Positions 44,700 through 58,393 are shown, counted from the stretch's first letter. The stretch: 64,000 bases of DNA from Novakomyces olei (GCA_016906335.1 JADEYG010000002.1:1054001-1118000); one strand, 5' to 3'. Made by a program: numbers and translations. The notes: generated by a model not told the origin, from the sequence alone.

Positions 44700-45932
44700 T
44701 TACTGAATAATTAGTCTTTGAAATATCGATGAAGCATACCAGAAAATAGTCAGCAACAGGTTTCTTCGTCGGTATTCCTGTCCGTTCTTGCGGTGCCGCA
44801 TCAAAGATGCGAAAAACGCCATTTAACCTGTCGTCGAGTTCAAGTACCGCAGCAACATTGCCGCAGCGATAACAATAATTTGGTGCGGACCACACCGTTA
44901 AAACGCCACTCAAGTTGTTGGCTTCAATGACCTCGCCACCCATCGGCGGACTATCAATACTGCGATCCCAAGGCTGGTGCTCCTGGCTTGGGTCGGGAAA
45001 ATGCACTTTGTAGCCTTCCATTGCCAGCTGGTGGGCTCGTGCAATAAAATCAATATTGTTTGCGTGATTGAACGCGTGTGTAACGTCAGCGCCAAAGAGG
45101 TAGCCGGCTCCACGAGAGGAGAGACTCCATCCCGCAATATCGTCAGGGTCCGACCACAGCAAGTCGCACATTGAGCCCTCATGGGGCACCTCTTGCTTAC
45201 GATCAATAAGTCTGATTTGATCTATTGTTGAAATCGTTGGGCTTAAGCCTCCATGAACGCAGAATATTCGGCCGTCAATCAAGGCACCGAGACTTAAATA
45301 GTCAAATACTTCACAAAAGCTGCGCCAGGCGTTGGCACTGCCAAACTTTCGCTGGCATTCGTCATAGAATCCATACACCTGAGTAATCTGTCGCGACTCA
45401 TGATTGCCCCGAATCAGAGTTATGCGGTCAGGGTATCGTGCTTTTAGAGCGATAAGAAGAAGAAATGTTTCGACCGAGTAGAAGCCACGATCCACAAAAT
45501 CGCCTTTTCAATCAGTATGCAGCGGCTCGAAACATCGATTTACCTAGAAAAACAAAGTTTACATTGGGGCACTCGCCCGATACGCGGAAAAGCTCCATAA
45601 CATCATGAAACTGGCCGTGCACGTCGCCACAGATCTATTGGTTAATAGTCTTGCGCATTTTCAAATAGACACTTACAGTGACAGGAGAATCGACACGTTG
45701 CACGTTGGACTCCTCCGCCAAGATCTCGCGAACTTTATAGCATATATCACGGACTATTTGGTTAGTCACTAGCTGCTATTCTGCTGAGAGCCTGGCAGGA
45801 ACAAACAAGCAAGCAAATTGGAGTAGAGCAAATGTTGACTATCTCTCCCGAACCCTTACCCTCGTTTTCGCTTATAAGCTTGCACTGCCTGAGCTGCTCA
45901 ATTTGCCGATCAAGGTCGCTTTGGGCCGCCAT
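44700..45932 (-). CDS. PPH3: Ser/Thr protein phosphatase 4 catalytic subunit, multi-exon
   Basis: [77 protein letters not shown]. Confidence 0.9.
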
Positions 45933-46377
45933 AGTTTGAGCGCGGCGCGGTGCTTCAATACACACACCGTTCGAGTCTGACTGAGCGCGTAAACTTTTAC
46001 GCCCTTCACTTGACTATCACAAAATATTTTATACTCATCGAGACTGTCTGCCGCAGCGCGCTCGTTGCTGAACCACGGCTCCCTCTTCAATTGGCACACA
46101 AAGACGCTGCCACAAACGCACAGGTCGCTAATACTTTACGTCCGTATAAATAATAATAATACCCTGTGAGACTCATGGTAGGTTTGTACTGTTCCCTATT
46201 CGTACAGCCTTAATATTATCGTTACAATTTTGGATTACACCGTTATACGTACCCCAGTGGACGTCACGTCAACAAGTATGACAAACACGGGGTACTTTAT
46301 ATATGATTGACGTAAATTCTCGGGTATTATTTACTCTCCAGTATTTCTGGCCAAACGTTTATCAGTGTAGAGGATAG

Positions 46378-46434
46378 ATAAATGAATAAATGAATAAATG
46401 AATAAATGAATAAATGAATAAATGAATAAATGAA

Positions 46435-46469
<35 letters not shown>

Positions 46470-46470
46470 A
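46378..46470. repeat. Compound (ATAAATGA)n / (AAAT)n microsatellite
   Basis: Directly visible tandem array upstream of the PIG-P gene. Confidence 0.9.
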
Positions 46471-46531
46471 AATAATCGACGTTGAACAGAGCCGACGCGA
46501 AAGTGAACACGGTGGCCAGTATGCGTTATCA

Positions 46532-47362
46532 ATGAATGAAAACCAGACAAAGTTTGGGCGTGGAGATTCGCACCAGCAGAACTGGCGGCCTTGCCAACTG
46601 CGTGCTGAGGCGATTTCTGCTACTAATGCTCTGGATGACTGTGAATCCACAAAGGAAAGCGACAATGAGGACGATCCGCCACCGATACGCCGCATTTCGT
46701 CTCTGCAGCTCAATACAGGCGGCTACCGTCGAGACGCGTTGGCCTTTTCCCGGCCACCTCGTGCCGGCAGCGCTTTTGATCCGCCTTTCTACGGTCGGCC
46801 TATCCATGTGCCGCCATCCCCGAGCTTTACGTAGGCAAATTTATAGCGTACTTTTACTTTGCTTTGTGCTAACCTCAATCTTTCTTACGCATGCAGTTCA
46901 CTGCTGAGTCGAACACGGCCATCAACGCCAGATTCGAGCGACACAGATTCGCCTTACGCAAAGGACTCGGCAGAGTTTCCTCGAAACACGCCTGTGGCAA
47001 AGGTGCCCACTTATGAATATTATGGCTTTGTTCTATACCTGTCGTCCTGGATCGCGATATGCCTCTACTTTGTATGGGCGTACTTGCCGCCATCTTTTTG
47101 CGAGAGCCTAGGGTTTACGTACGTGCCGGATCGCTGGTGGACCGTGGCCATTCCCGCATTTGTGGTATGTGGACTCGTGTATTTGTACACTTTTCTGCTC
47201 ACGTACAATGTGGAGGTGCTCACACCAGACCCGAGTGATCTCACCTGCATAACTGATCATTACGCAATCGTATGCCACGACACAGATGCTTGGGCTTACG
47301 GATCAGATGCCGTGATGGACATGCCCATTGGCGAAGTAGACCAATTGCTTTATGGCACATGA
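46532..47362 (+). CDS. GPI19: GPI-GlcNAc transferase subunit PIG-P / Gpi19, 2 exons
   Basis: EYYGFVLY..YFVWAYLP..LGFTYVPDRWWTVAIP..DMPIGEV. Predicted intron 46831-46896. Confidence 0.85.
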
Positions 47363-47510
47363 GTTTGCATTTATGCTTTTAAATGTTTGCACAATGAATT
47401 TTTCAAACATATTTCTCTTTCAAATAGAATGGGGATGTTGAGATCCTTGATGCTGGCTAGCAATAACTTCAGCTGGAAGTTGAATAGGAAGATAAAGACT
47501 GATTTTGTCT

Positions 47511-48785
47511 CTAAACGTCGGGCACCTGTTTCTTGGGGAATGGGTACGATGGCCCGTTCAGCTGGAGGCCCTCGCGAGCAAGCCATTGCCCTATCTTGAC
47601 AGCCTCTGCAATCTTTTTCCCGCTAGCAAGTGCACCCAAGAATCCTCCTGCAAATGCGTCTCCGGCACCGTTTGTATCGAGAATCTGATCAGCAGCGATA
47701 GAGATTACAGGGTATTCGGTGGGCTCGCCGTCCCCTTGAACAACGATGGTCTTTTCGGCACCTTGAGTGATAATAACCGTTCGGGGTCTCGTGGTATTCT
47801 TTTTAGGCAACCGAGCAATAGCCTTGGCAATTTCTTTGATATCCGTGGTCTATTCCGTGATTAGCAAAAGCTGCTTATTTATTTCTTGGTTGATCATTCA
47901 TACATGAAGTTCAAAAGATTCCGCGTATGCCAGGGCTTCCGACTCATTACCGATCAGGTAGTCCCAGTACTGGGAAACAGAGCTCATTTGCTCCTTGAAA
48001 AACGTTGGCAAAAAGGGAGCAGACAAGTTCATGACAAACACCTTGTTTGTATTCGATGCGTGCTCGCCCAATGCTTGGATGGCAGGGACACATACAGTCA
48101 AATGGAAGCCACCGACATAAAAGAATTCAGCATTCTCAACAAGCTCCCAGATTTTGGGAGACTTGAGATGGTCAACGGTGTAGTTATTAGCTGCCGCCAG
48201 ATTTGTGCAGAGAGATCTGTAATTAGTCGGTAATTTCAAAATTAAAATTAAAAATTAAAAAAAAAAAAAATCTGGCATAAGTGTAAACTTTTGTAGACGA
48301 ACCTATGGACGCCATTGACAACAACAGCGCAAGCACCAGTAGGAGAGGTCGAATCAACCTTATATTCAGTGCGAAGTCCCTCTTTCTCATTTGCCTTGCG
48401 CAACATATCGGCCAGATCATCGTTGCCTACGCAGCCGACGTAAACAGTCGAATGTGGGGGTAAAACGTATTGCGCTCCACGAAGAGCGTTTTGAGCTATA
48501 CAAACTTTAGTAGTCGAAACAGGGAGCCATTCTTACCAGCGCCTCCAGCAACATAGTAGACATCTTTTTGGTTTTTAACGTCTTCGTAAATGCCCTGGTG
48601 CTTGTCCTCTGCGAGAATAGCATCATCGTCCTTCAAACCGTATCTATTGGCACGACTTAGCATATAATTTGCAAATTACACGGTTACTTTTCCAGCAGAA
48701 AAGCCGATCGAGTTTGCAGATCAAGCAGGGGGTTGCCCAGTCCAAAGACAAAATATTGCTTATCGATCTTTGGTACAATCAGCAT
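47511..48785 (-). CDS. ADO1: Adenosine kinase (PfkB family), multi-exon
   Basis: GLGNPLLD, RSLCTNLAAAN, FVMNLSAPFL, IGNESEA, DTNGAGDAFAGGF. Confidence 0.93.
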
Positions 48786-48999
48786 GTTGGCTGTCGTAAT
48801 GGTCAAGGCAAAGAATAGGTGCTCTTCGAGTCTTGCGTATTATTTTCACAGTGTAACGTTTGCGCATAGCCTACGAGATTTATAGTGTAAATTATTACAA
48901 AATAATTAATTCGAAAACAATTAGAAAACAATTAAAAAGCAATATATATGAATACGAGCATAGTGGCAACTCATTTCCAGGCCGTCCGTCCATTTTGCA

Positions 49000-49510
49000 A
49001 TGTCTCTTTTAGCAGAGGGTTTGTTACCTAAATGGCTTCTTTTTGTGGCAGTAGTAGGTGCGGGTAATACAGTCCAGTCTTATGCGACACTCAAATACTC
49101 GCGGCAAGTTTATGCTGCAGCTCCCGCTCAAGTTACGCCGCTTTCGGCTCGTACCTTTGGCACGTGGACGCTACTCACTGCCATTGTGAGAGCAATGGCA
49201 GCGTTCCATATTAGCAATCAACAGTAATTTTGGTGCGATGATTCGACGGCTAATATCTGCAGGCTTTACGATATTACATTGTACTCTTACTACATTGCGT
49301 TTTTGCACTTTTTTACGGTACGCTGCGCCAAAAAATTAGTCTCTAATATCAGGAGTTAATCGTATTCAAAACCGCAAAACTGGACCGTGGCATACTCGGA
49401 CCCGCTATCGTATCGAGTAAGTGTGATTGTTTCTGGACTGTTGTGCTTAATTTATAGCGCTTTCGATTATTTGGATGACATTGCAACGAGACTACTACAC
49501 TCTGCTGTGA
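49000..49510 (+). CDS. ERG28: Ergosterol biosynthesis scaffold protein, multi-exon
   Basis: GLLPKWLLFVAVV..NTVQSY..VTPLSARTFGTWT, with later exons LYDITLYSYYIAFLHF and C-terminal WMTLQRDYY. Confidence 0.88.
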
Positions 49511-50126
49511 ACAATAAGCTAAGCGGACGGCAGCAGAGCTTGTCCGCTCTGTTTGTGTTTTCGCCCTTCCGTACGTAGTTTTTGTATAAATTGCGGTTGG
49601 GACGTATAAGATTAGGCGTTGCCCTGTAAAATATTATTTTTGGAGCTTGAATTATTGACATATTTTAAAGTGCCATGATAAGGCAGAATACTTCATGACA
49701 GCAGTAAAGTTAAGCAGAGCCGTCGTTAGTTTTAGAAGCAATTTCCGGGGTGACGATGTGTTGAAGCCCATGCCATTTCTGCCCTCTACAATTGTTATTT
49801 AATTCGTCGAGTATCATTTAACCCTAACCCTCACTCATGCGTTACGGCCTTGGGCCATATATTAGGGTTAGATTGTCATCTGTTATAAGTCGGCAATCAT
49901 ATCACAAGTCCAATCAGCACAACCGACGAGAGTCGAATGTTGAGCGACGGCCACTGAAGAGCGCATTAGACTGCATTGTTCTGTATCTCAATTAAATTGA
50001 ATAGTCAAAAGTAGTCAATTGCAGCGATAGCTCAATAAATTTGAAACCAAAAAATATTAATTAGATACACAGTACAGAACCATCACCTTCCCTTTCCGTT
50101 GTGTCCAGCATTCTGTAGATGGCCAA

Positions 50127-53100
50127 ATGACAACTGCCACGGTCTGGCTGCACGACAGTAGCACATTCCCTGAGAACGCAGTTATCAATCCGGCAACTAC
50201 AGGGGGATGTGCTGATAAGGCCACTCTATTTGAATTAATTCCGCGGACAGCATCACAGACCGATGGTAGTTTTAGTCGGCCTTCTGTGCATGAAAGCGAT
50301 CGGCTTTTCATCACACCGACATTTCTAACGGCTGAAAAGGCACTGAAAACACCAAAGCTACAGGTAAAGTCTCAATTTTAACTAATTCGAAGCTAACAGT
50401 AGGTCTCTTTGCACAATCATGTTGGACATACGTTTGGAATTCCTTCTCGCAGTGAGGTCAGCATAGTACCGCTTTCCAGCCCAAAGGAGGCTCATCTAGA
50501 CTATATTGTCCTCTATTTCCGTGACCAGTATGTGTCGCGCAGTGATATGTGGCGGATTTCGTGTTCATTGGCCCAGCAGTGTGTATATGTTGGTCAAAAG
50601 ATCTTTTTTGTCGGATCCTTACGAGCTGACTTGGATGTGTTGTGGCGCAATGGTAAGCCACAAACAAATGGTATATAGCTAATGTGCGCAGGCCAAAAAG
50701 TTCAATCAGGTTACGTTTCAGAAAATACACGGCCCATTTTTCGGTCTGAGTCTGCTCGTATTCTCATCTTTATCCAAATGTCAAAGGAAATGTGGGATTT
50801 TGAGGAGGACGGAGTCCTTTTGTACAACAAAGCAGTTGACTATTTTTTACCTTCATTATTTAAGAGATGGTGTGACATTGGTGCACACCATGTAGTTACT
50901 GTCGCATTGTTTAGTCGTGTTAAATACAGCCAAGCACAAGCGCCCATGTGCTACGCCAATCATACGGGCCACTCTTCGTCAGCGGTCATGGACGATTTTG
51001 AGGAAGATGATGAAGACAGCTCTCAGATTGTTTACAAGGATTTTTATAAAGTTGTGCTTGATAACGTTTCCAGCCGTGATTGGAGGACGGTTTTGTTACG
51101 ACTGAAAAAAGAACTTTCTCGCTTCAAAAAAGATGTCTTGAGCGAGAAAATGGCTGGAGGACATGTGGCAATCACAGGTGAGATGTCGACTGCGAAAAAT
51201 GGTAACGTCCTGGAGGCGATCAACATGGCTGCGTATCAGTTTCGTACGGATTACATTGATCGAGACCTACTTCGCACGGGAACTTCAATGATCATGGTGA
51301 CTCCTGGAACCGGAATCTATGAAGTTGACGAGCATTTAATGCGGCTTACATCTGAATGCCTGATGCAGACGAATATGGGTATCGATTTTGTTTGCCTTAG
51401 CCGGGAGCCCTTACACGCTGTTCCTTTGTTCCGGTATCGAAATAAAAGCAGGCTTTCTCGTGGACAGCAAATGCTATCGGCTAGCTCTCGCGAGTCTTGG
51501 CGAAGATATAGTGCAGGAGCTGCCGCTGCTATGAGTGCTTCTAATGCCAATGCGACGACTTTTCCCGGTGGATCAGGCTCCCCGTCATCGTCATCTGTAA
51601 GCTCTTTTATGTCGCTTATGCGCCAACATGCTTTAAATCATCAATGGGAGTATGCGATTTCGTATTACATTGACATTAACTACCTTCCAAATACTGAGGT
51701 CAACAAATTTGCAGATGACCTTCGTCGCGGGTTCAATACGACTTGCAAAATGTACGAGCTTCAAATGATGGGATATATGGAAAACGAAATCTCAGAGATC
51801 TCAATTGCGCCTCTTCGTAAACCGAGCAACATGAACGAAGACGACTGGTTCGATGAATACAATCACAATGTGTTTAAGCTACCTGGTGGCGATGATACGT
51901 CAGAGGACAATAGTGATCTTTATCCGAAGGGCTCAATCTTCCAGACGAGTCTAGACAAAGTCGAGCAAGAGCCGGATAGTCCGAGGTACAGCCAGGTGCG
52001 GGTAAGAAGACAATCTGAGACCTTGAACTCTTCAGCAAACCCATTAAAGCCGCATATTCACAGCCATTTTCTGGCGGAGAAAATAAGCCAGCAATCGTTG
52101 AATCACAATAGTAAAAAGGCGACAAAATCCGGCTCCTTTAAAGGGTTTATGGTCTCGCCAGTGAAACCGGTGCTTTCACTGACTGCCTCTGATGGCTCAT
52201 CCATTAATGCCAGTAAAGACGCTCAAAGTATGAACGATACTGGTCATGCCAGACCCGAAGTGAGACGCAATGAGAAATCCAGTGATACTCTACCAAAGCC
52301 TAAAATCAAATTAGTTGCCGAAGAAGCGGACTCTGAGCCGTCTGGCAGGAAGCATGCTTCATCAATCATACACGAAGAGCCAAAACCGATCCCTAGACCT
52401 GGAGTTGCTCATCATGCTGCGGGTGAAAGAACAGTAGAGTCTGTGGCCTCTCAAAGATCAAAGCATCATTTCCGACAAAAGTCGGCGAAGCCACGTGAGT
52501 CATATACGTGGAAGGTAACGGAAAATCCTTCGTCTGCTCTGGCAAAAGCTGTGGCTGAGGACAGGCATTTGCGGAAATGGAAACATGCTTTCCCCATACA
52601 TCGATCAAAAGTGCTTTTCAACTGGGAGAGTCTTTGTGCGCCTGCTTCGCTACCCATAACTACCGAATTTATGCCCTCTGCGGAGGCGATTAAAAACGAC
52701 TACAGTGAATATTCGTACACAATGACTGTGGATTTGGACGCTATGGCGTTTTCACCAAAAGAGCTTATGCTGGAAATGGTATCACAGCGACTTAATCAGG
52801 GCTTCCAAATTGCTGTTGCACCCCTGACCATTGGGAAGAGCTCTTCACTCTACAATATGAATGGGATAGCGCTACCAAAAGATGAAAATGGAGAGTTTAT
52901 TAAGGGAGCCCTGGGCAATCTTCACAACCGCGCTGTTTTGTCGCTGAGTGATATAGAGATCCATATACTAAATATAAACCGTGACGCAAAAAACATTGAA
53001 GTTCGACGGTTTGTTTCAAAGTACAAAATGAGCAACCCTATTTCCTACGAGTGTCTCATATGGCAGATCAGGGCTTCAGGGTACCAAAAGACGGAGTTTT

Positions 53101-55088
53101 ATATGCGGCCACCCAACCTTTTCCAGCAATCCTGGAACTACGTGGACCATTGCCTGGCCGGGTACGAGACTACGCTGAACAGTTCGATTCGTTACTTGCG
53201 GGCACGCTTTGTTTTGATACCGGCCAAAATCAAAAACAGTGGCAGTGTTCATCAAATATACGCTACTAATCATATTCATGACGAGCTGAACGACGAGGAG
53301 CTCAGGCTTGCTGGTATTTTTAAATTATGCAATTTAATTGGCCGGCAGCGGTTCGTGCCCTACCACGAACGACGCAACAGATCGCAAAGGCAAAACGAAA
53401 ACGAGATCTTGGAGATTATGTTTACGAACCTGCGATCTTCACAATTGGCCCATCAGAAATTTTCTCCAGATCAGTCAAATCTTGCCGTCCCAGGAAGAGC
53501 TGATTCGTCCCCGACACCCACTGGTCAGCAGCCACAATTTGATGTGAAAGCCTTTGCCTGCTACGACAAGATCAAGGACGATACTCAGCTTATTGCTGTG
53601 CTCACTGAATTGCTGGGGCCTAATGGCATATCCATCGAAGACCGGCGCTGGCATAATCGGTTTCATGAAGCGTGCTTTACAGGCAGTGATTTGGTTTCAT
53701 GGCTGGTTGAGCATATGAGCGACATAAAGTCGCGGGACGATGCGGTTGTTTATGGTAACGTATTGCGTGAAAAAGGACTGTTTGATCACGTTTCGCGTCG
53801 GCACAAGTTCTTGGACGGGCATTACTTTTACGCTTTCCGATTATCCCCTCGAAAACCTGCAATCAGCAATAGCGGTAATAGCAATAGCAACAATAACAGT
53901 ACAATCGCAACTCCGATTTCCACACGAGGCTGGTTCCAAAAACGGCCTTCTGCTGTTACAAACATCAGCAGCAACAGTAGCAGCAGCAGTGCAACACACA
54001 ACAGTACATCAATTCGCATTATGGGCCAATCGTCTCACCATAGTGGCCCCTCTAAATTTGCACTCAGCCGGTCCATTTTCTTGAACACGGACCCTCAAAC
54101 CCAGTCTTATCGGCCCGAGTTTATTACAATGCATTATGATACAGTGTACAATCCTGATCAATGCTATCATTTTCGCTTTGAATGGATCGGCGCTACTGCT
54201 CGTTTGATTGAAGACACCCTAGTTTCCTGGTCACGAACCCTGGAACGGTACGGGCTTGCACTTGCTGAAGTGCCCTTTTATGAGGCAACGAGTATCCATG
54301 ACTTTATACCTTTACGAGATACTCTGCCAGTTGCCCTTAAGCTAGAGCCGCCTATGGTTCCGACACAGTACCTGCCTCAAAACCAGGCGGCTGATAACAG
54401 CCATTGGTGGCAGTTACAAATACTTAAAAAATGGGATTTTATTCTTGATGTGGAGGCGAACGACAAGTTTCCCGCTGAGCTGGATATGAAGGCAGCTCGT
54501 GGAGACGTAGTGTTCCGCTACGATCAGTACATCCACAGATCAGGTGTATCCCTTGTGCAAATTGATAGGGATGGAGTCTTTCAATGGCTCTCTAACCGTC
54601 TCCAAACATCACGCATTTCGGCAGCCGCGGACCGATCGCAGCGACTGAATAACAAAAGGTCAGCCGAAGGATTGCTTGTGGATCCGGATTCACTGAGGGA
54701 CAAGTTTGTTGACTGGTGTGGCGACGAATACGCTCTGGCTCATTTTTATGAAGAAACTGTGCAGCAGCTCTATAACGAGGCAAAACACCATCAGTCGGAG
54801 CCTTTGCGCAAGGGAAATGGGGATGATTATTCGTCTACTCCAACATCGCCAATCTCTGTGGCTAATTCGGCGCTGAGCAATTCCTCTTCTTTGCCTGGGG
54901 CGACGAGGGGTATGCGGTCTTCCAGTATTGGCACCAGCCTTGGAGCAAGTCTTGGAAGCCCTTCTGCTCGTGTGCTGCTGCATGATTCGCACAGCCTGGC
55001 GGCAACAAGTAAAGCACAGACGCCTCAGCTGACTTCAGTAGTCGAGACCGATGACAAGTCTGATCGTATTGACGATTTGCATCTATGA
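50127..55088 (+). CDS. IML1: GATOR1/SEACIT subunit Iml1 (DEPDC5), 3 exons
   Basis: FRDQYVSRSDMW, IFRSESAR..FIQMSKEMWDF, GNVLEAIN, DRDLLRTG, LCAPASLPITT, and DEP domain DRRWH..CFTGSDLVSWL..FLDGHYFY. Confidence 0.95.
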
Positions 55089-55204
55089 CCTAAATTTCTA
55101 GTCTTTGCATAGACATGTATATAAATTCATGGATCGACACAAGGAAAGCGATCTTGTTGATGCGAGGGCGGTAGCACGGCCACAACTGTTCTATATGTAT
55201 ATAT

Positions 55205-56157
55205 CTAAACCGAAGGGTCGCCGATAGGATCCCAGTCTAAAAGTTAATATGAGCACAATCACAGTATAAATCCACCTACCAGTGACTAAATTCTCGTTAA
55301 GACCATCGAGGTCAGCAATCTGGGAGTCGGAGAGAGTAAAATCAAATATTTCTGCATTTGCAGCTATACGTGCCTTGTGCACACTCTTTGGTAGAATAAC
55401 AAATCCCTTTTGTAAGCCCCAGCGAAGCAGGACTTGAGCAGGCGTCTTTTCGTGAGCCTGAGCCACCTTCTTCAAAACTGGGTTATCGAAGCGCATCCCA
55501 CGGACCAGAGGACCCCAGGCTTCCAAGACGATATCGTGTTCATGGCAGTACTCTACCAGTTTTGTGCGTGTCATAAAAGGATGCAGATCGACCTGGTTGA
55601 TTACAGGCTTGTACTTGGGATTTGCAGCAAACAGCTCGTCCAAGTGACGTTCGCCATAGTTGGAAACGCCGATAGATTTTAGCAAACCTTCGTCTTTAGC
55701 TTCCTCAATTGCCTTCCAACTTTCTAGACGAGCGCGCTTGTCCGGATACGGTCCGTGAATGAGATAAAGATCAATGTACCCGAGACCGCACTCCGCCACT
55801 GATTTACGGATGGATTTTTGTGCCTTGGCAAACCCGTTGTTCGCCATGAGCTTAGACGTGTAAAAGACATCGCTGCGAGAAGTGCCAGTCTGATTTAGCC
55901 AGTGCTGGATAGCTTCGCCACACTCGCGCTCGTTTGCGTACCATTCCGCCGAATCAATATGGCCTGATGATCAGTAAGGTCAAGCTTGTCTTTGGCTTAC
56001 GGTAGCCGGCTTCAAGCGCATTTAATACTGCATTGTAGCACTCACGGCCTTCTGCCTCGTAGACACCAAAGCCAACTTGCGGAATAGAATTGCCGTCGCT
56101 CAATCGTACGCGAGACGCAAGAGAGGCCATGTTTGGTACCAAGTTTTTCAGCGACAT
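55205..56157 (-). CDS. Aldo-keto reductase, 3 exons (start at 56157 or 56130)
   Basis: IPQVGFGVY, GYIDLYLIHGP, SIGVSNYG, AQVLLRWGLQKG..LPKS. Confidence 0.92.
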
Positions 56158-56319
56158 TACACTATAAAGAGATCAATATAGCGTTAACGGCCGGATAAAC
56201 CACAAGAGAGCTATCGACAAAGCGCATAGAATAAAAGTCCAGTTTAAATTAAATATATCAAAATCAAATTTGGGTTAACTCATAACCCAACTCTAATCTT
56301 AGCAGCAAGGCATCTAGCC

Positions 56320-56334
56320 TAGGGTTAGTTAGGG
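56320..56334 (+). promoter_or_regulatory. Telomere-like TAGGGTTAGTTAGGG motif in the AKR/TIM54 divergent promoter
   Basis: Exact 15-mer seen in three intergenic regions. Confidence 0.5.
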
Positions 56335-56439
56335 CTACTACTTGTCGCCTGTCGAGTACTTTGTCCACCTGATAAAAATTAATAGATGGAAATAAAATTA
56401 ATTAAATTCTCGATGCCCACGTGAAAAAAGTCGATATTA

Positions 56440-57693
56440 ATGGCAGATGGGCATAAAGCGGTAGCCGGTGCCAGCACCTCAGGCCCGGCCGGTACGGCAG
56501 CTAAGCTGGGATGGCGAAGCTATCTACCAGGCCCAAAGCTGTCTATAGCTTTGGCTCTCTTGACTGGGTACATTGGCGCGGTAGTGTACGATCGCCGGGA
56601 GGCCCGTAGAGAGCTAGACGAAAGCTGTGAGAGAGTTCGATACTTGTCCCAGTTGCCGCTGAAACCGATGGAAATGCCGCGCAAAGTGAGGATTATACTC
56701 GCAGCGCCTCCTGGGGACAGCGTACATGCGGCCCAAGAGCATTTCTCTCAGTATATTAAGCCTGTTTTAAACGCGGCCGCTGTGGATTATGAGATTGTTC
56801 AGGGCACGCGTGAAGGTGAGCTGCGGTACAAAATAGCACAAGAGTTGCGCAGAATACGGGGTGGTGAGAGGGATGAGGAAAATCCGCTCTTGTACATGAT
56901 AAAAAAGCCAGTTGTTCCAAGCGCAGAGTGGGGAGGCAATATTGTTATAGGCCGTCCTGCTTGGAAGGAGTACCTGCAGGGCTTACACGAGGGCTGGCTT
57001 GGACCAGTGACAAAGCCCAAGGAACTTGAAAGTGCTGCGAGTGGAGCCGAAAAGGCCGCGAGCAAGATTGAAGGAGCGGATGCAGTAGACGCTGTGGCAG
57101 AACCCTCTGAGCCCGTAAAAGTAGAGGCCGAGCAGACCATGGCAGAGTCTCAGAGGGACGGTGCACCACAATCTGGAGATCCAAGTTTGAATTCCGCACA
57201 AGCAGCGAGTACACCACCCGATCAGGCAGGGTCTCCAGCCCAGGAGCCAAAAGGTGAGCCAGTTTCTACGGAGGAGCAGCCTCCCAAGCCGCTCTTTGAG
57301 CCGCCCTATATCCTACCTGCCGCATATCCAAATTCTACACAAGGTAAACTGATTTCTTCCGCGGTAGACCCGATCGAGGTTATTCCGCACTCGCATTTGA
57401 TTGGGTTTCTCAAGACGCCAATACGCATGTACCGCTTTACGCGTAGACGCGATGTGGCGCGGCAAATATCACAGCAGACGGTAGATGTAGTACTTGCCTC
57501 GAAGGCGCGGTGGTTTAATAGTGATGATGCTTACGCTTTGTCGTCAGAGGAGGCTGAATGGCCAAAGAGCTACTGGAAACGGCCAGACGCGGCAGATAAG
57601 GAATGGACGGGCGATATCGTGCTGGATCCACGAGTCACAGAGTCTTTAAGGTTCTTTGAGCCACAGGATAAGCCCAACACGCCTGTCGACTAG
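56440..57693 (+). CDS. TIM54: Mitochondrial inner-membrane translocase subunit Tim54
   Basis: LPGPK + TM helix + YDRRE, MPRKVRIILAAPPGD, YIKPVLNAAAVDY, IGRPAWKEYLQGLHEGWLGP, IGFLKTPIRMYRF. Confidence 0.9.
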   Translation: MADGHKAVAGASTSGPAGTAAKLGWRSYLPGPKLSIALALLTGYIGAVVYDRREARRELDESCERVRYLSQLPLKPMEMPRKVRIILAAPPGDSVHAAQEHFSQYIKPVLNAAAVDYEIVQGTREGELRYKIAQELRRIRGGERDEENPLLYMIKKPVVPSAEWGGNIVIGRPAWKEYLQGLHEGWLGPVTKPKELESAASGAEKAASKIEGADAVDAVAEPSEPVKVEAEQTMAESQRDGAPQSGDPSLNSAQAASTPPDQAGSPAQEPKGEPVSTEEQPPKPLFEPPYILPAAYPNSTQGKLISSAVDPIEVIPHSHLIGFLKTPIRMYRFTRRRDVARQISQQTVDVVLASKARWFNSDDAYALSSEEAEWPKSYWKRPDAADKEWTGDIVLDPRVTESLRFFEPQDKPNTPVD

Positions 57694-57904
57694 CAAACAC
57701 GCATCGAAATGAGCATTGTATAGACAAAGAATGGGATGGCATACTATGCGCAAACTATGAATGGCAGCCTTGCGCATACTATGGATGGCAGTGCCCTCGA
57801 ACAATTTCTGGCAGATTCATGTTATTAATCTACGCTGGCCAATCACTATATGGAGCCCAGACGACAGCCTATGCGTAGTATGGTAAAGATTTACGTTTAT
57901 TCGT

Positions 57905-58393
57905 TTATATATGTACATTGTCGCTGCGTCTCAACCCTTTAGCCGCCGCCTCTATAGCATCTGTCGCATTTTCATACACCGGCCGATGTGCCGGCACACA
58001 AATCATGAGATTTTCAGTCATGCCCAAGTTCTCAATCTCCTCGTAGCCGCCGTGTTCTGTAACGCGAGATGCAAGTTCGCTGTTGGCACTGGTGTACAGC
58101 CAAACCGGCTTTTTTAGCGCAATTGCAAACCCAATCTCCCAGCTTGTTCCCGGGTCCATATTGGGGCCTCGGAACGGGCTTATATTAGCAACAACGCCAT
58201 CGCACCGTTCCAGCATGGCCACATTTGCATCGTAAATAGCGCGGCCAACGTCATTGCACTCCCGATCAATCTCATTATCGAGCGGGAAAAGACCCTCCAG
58301 CCCGTGGCCCAGGCACAGTCTATTCAAGTATCTGCCGTGTCCACGAGCGTCTGCCAAGAACACGTCGGGGCCAGCCAAGTATACGGACGGCAT
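57905..58393 (-). CDS. Nucleoside 2-deoxyribosyltransferase / nucleotide N-glycosidase family protein
   Basis: VYLAGPDVF, LFPLDNE, IYDAN..CDGVVANISPFRG..DPGTSWEIGFA.ALKKPV (catalytic Glu), ENLMI; intronless. Confidence 0.9.
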   Translation of the reverse strand: MPSVYLAGPDVFLADARGHGRYLNRLCLGHGLEGLFPLDNEIDRECNDVGRAIYDANVAMLERCDGVVANISPFRGPNMDPGTSWEIGFAIALKKPVWLYTSANSELASRVTEHGGYEEIENLGMTENLMICVPAHRPVYENATDAIEAAAKGLRRSDNVHI

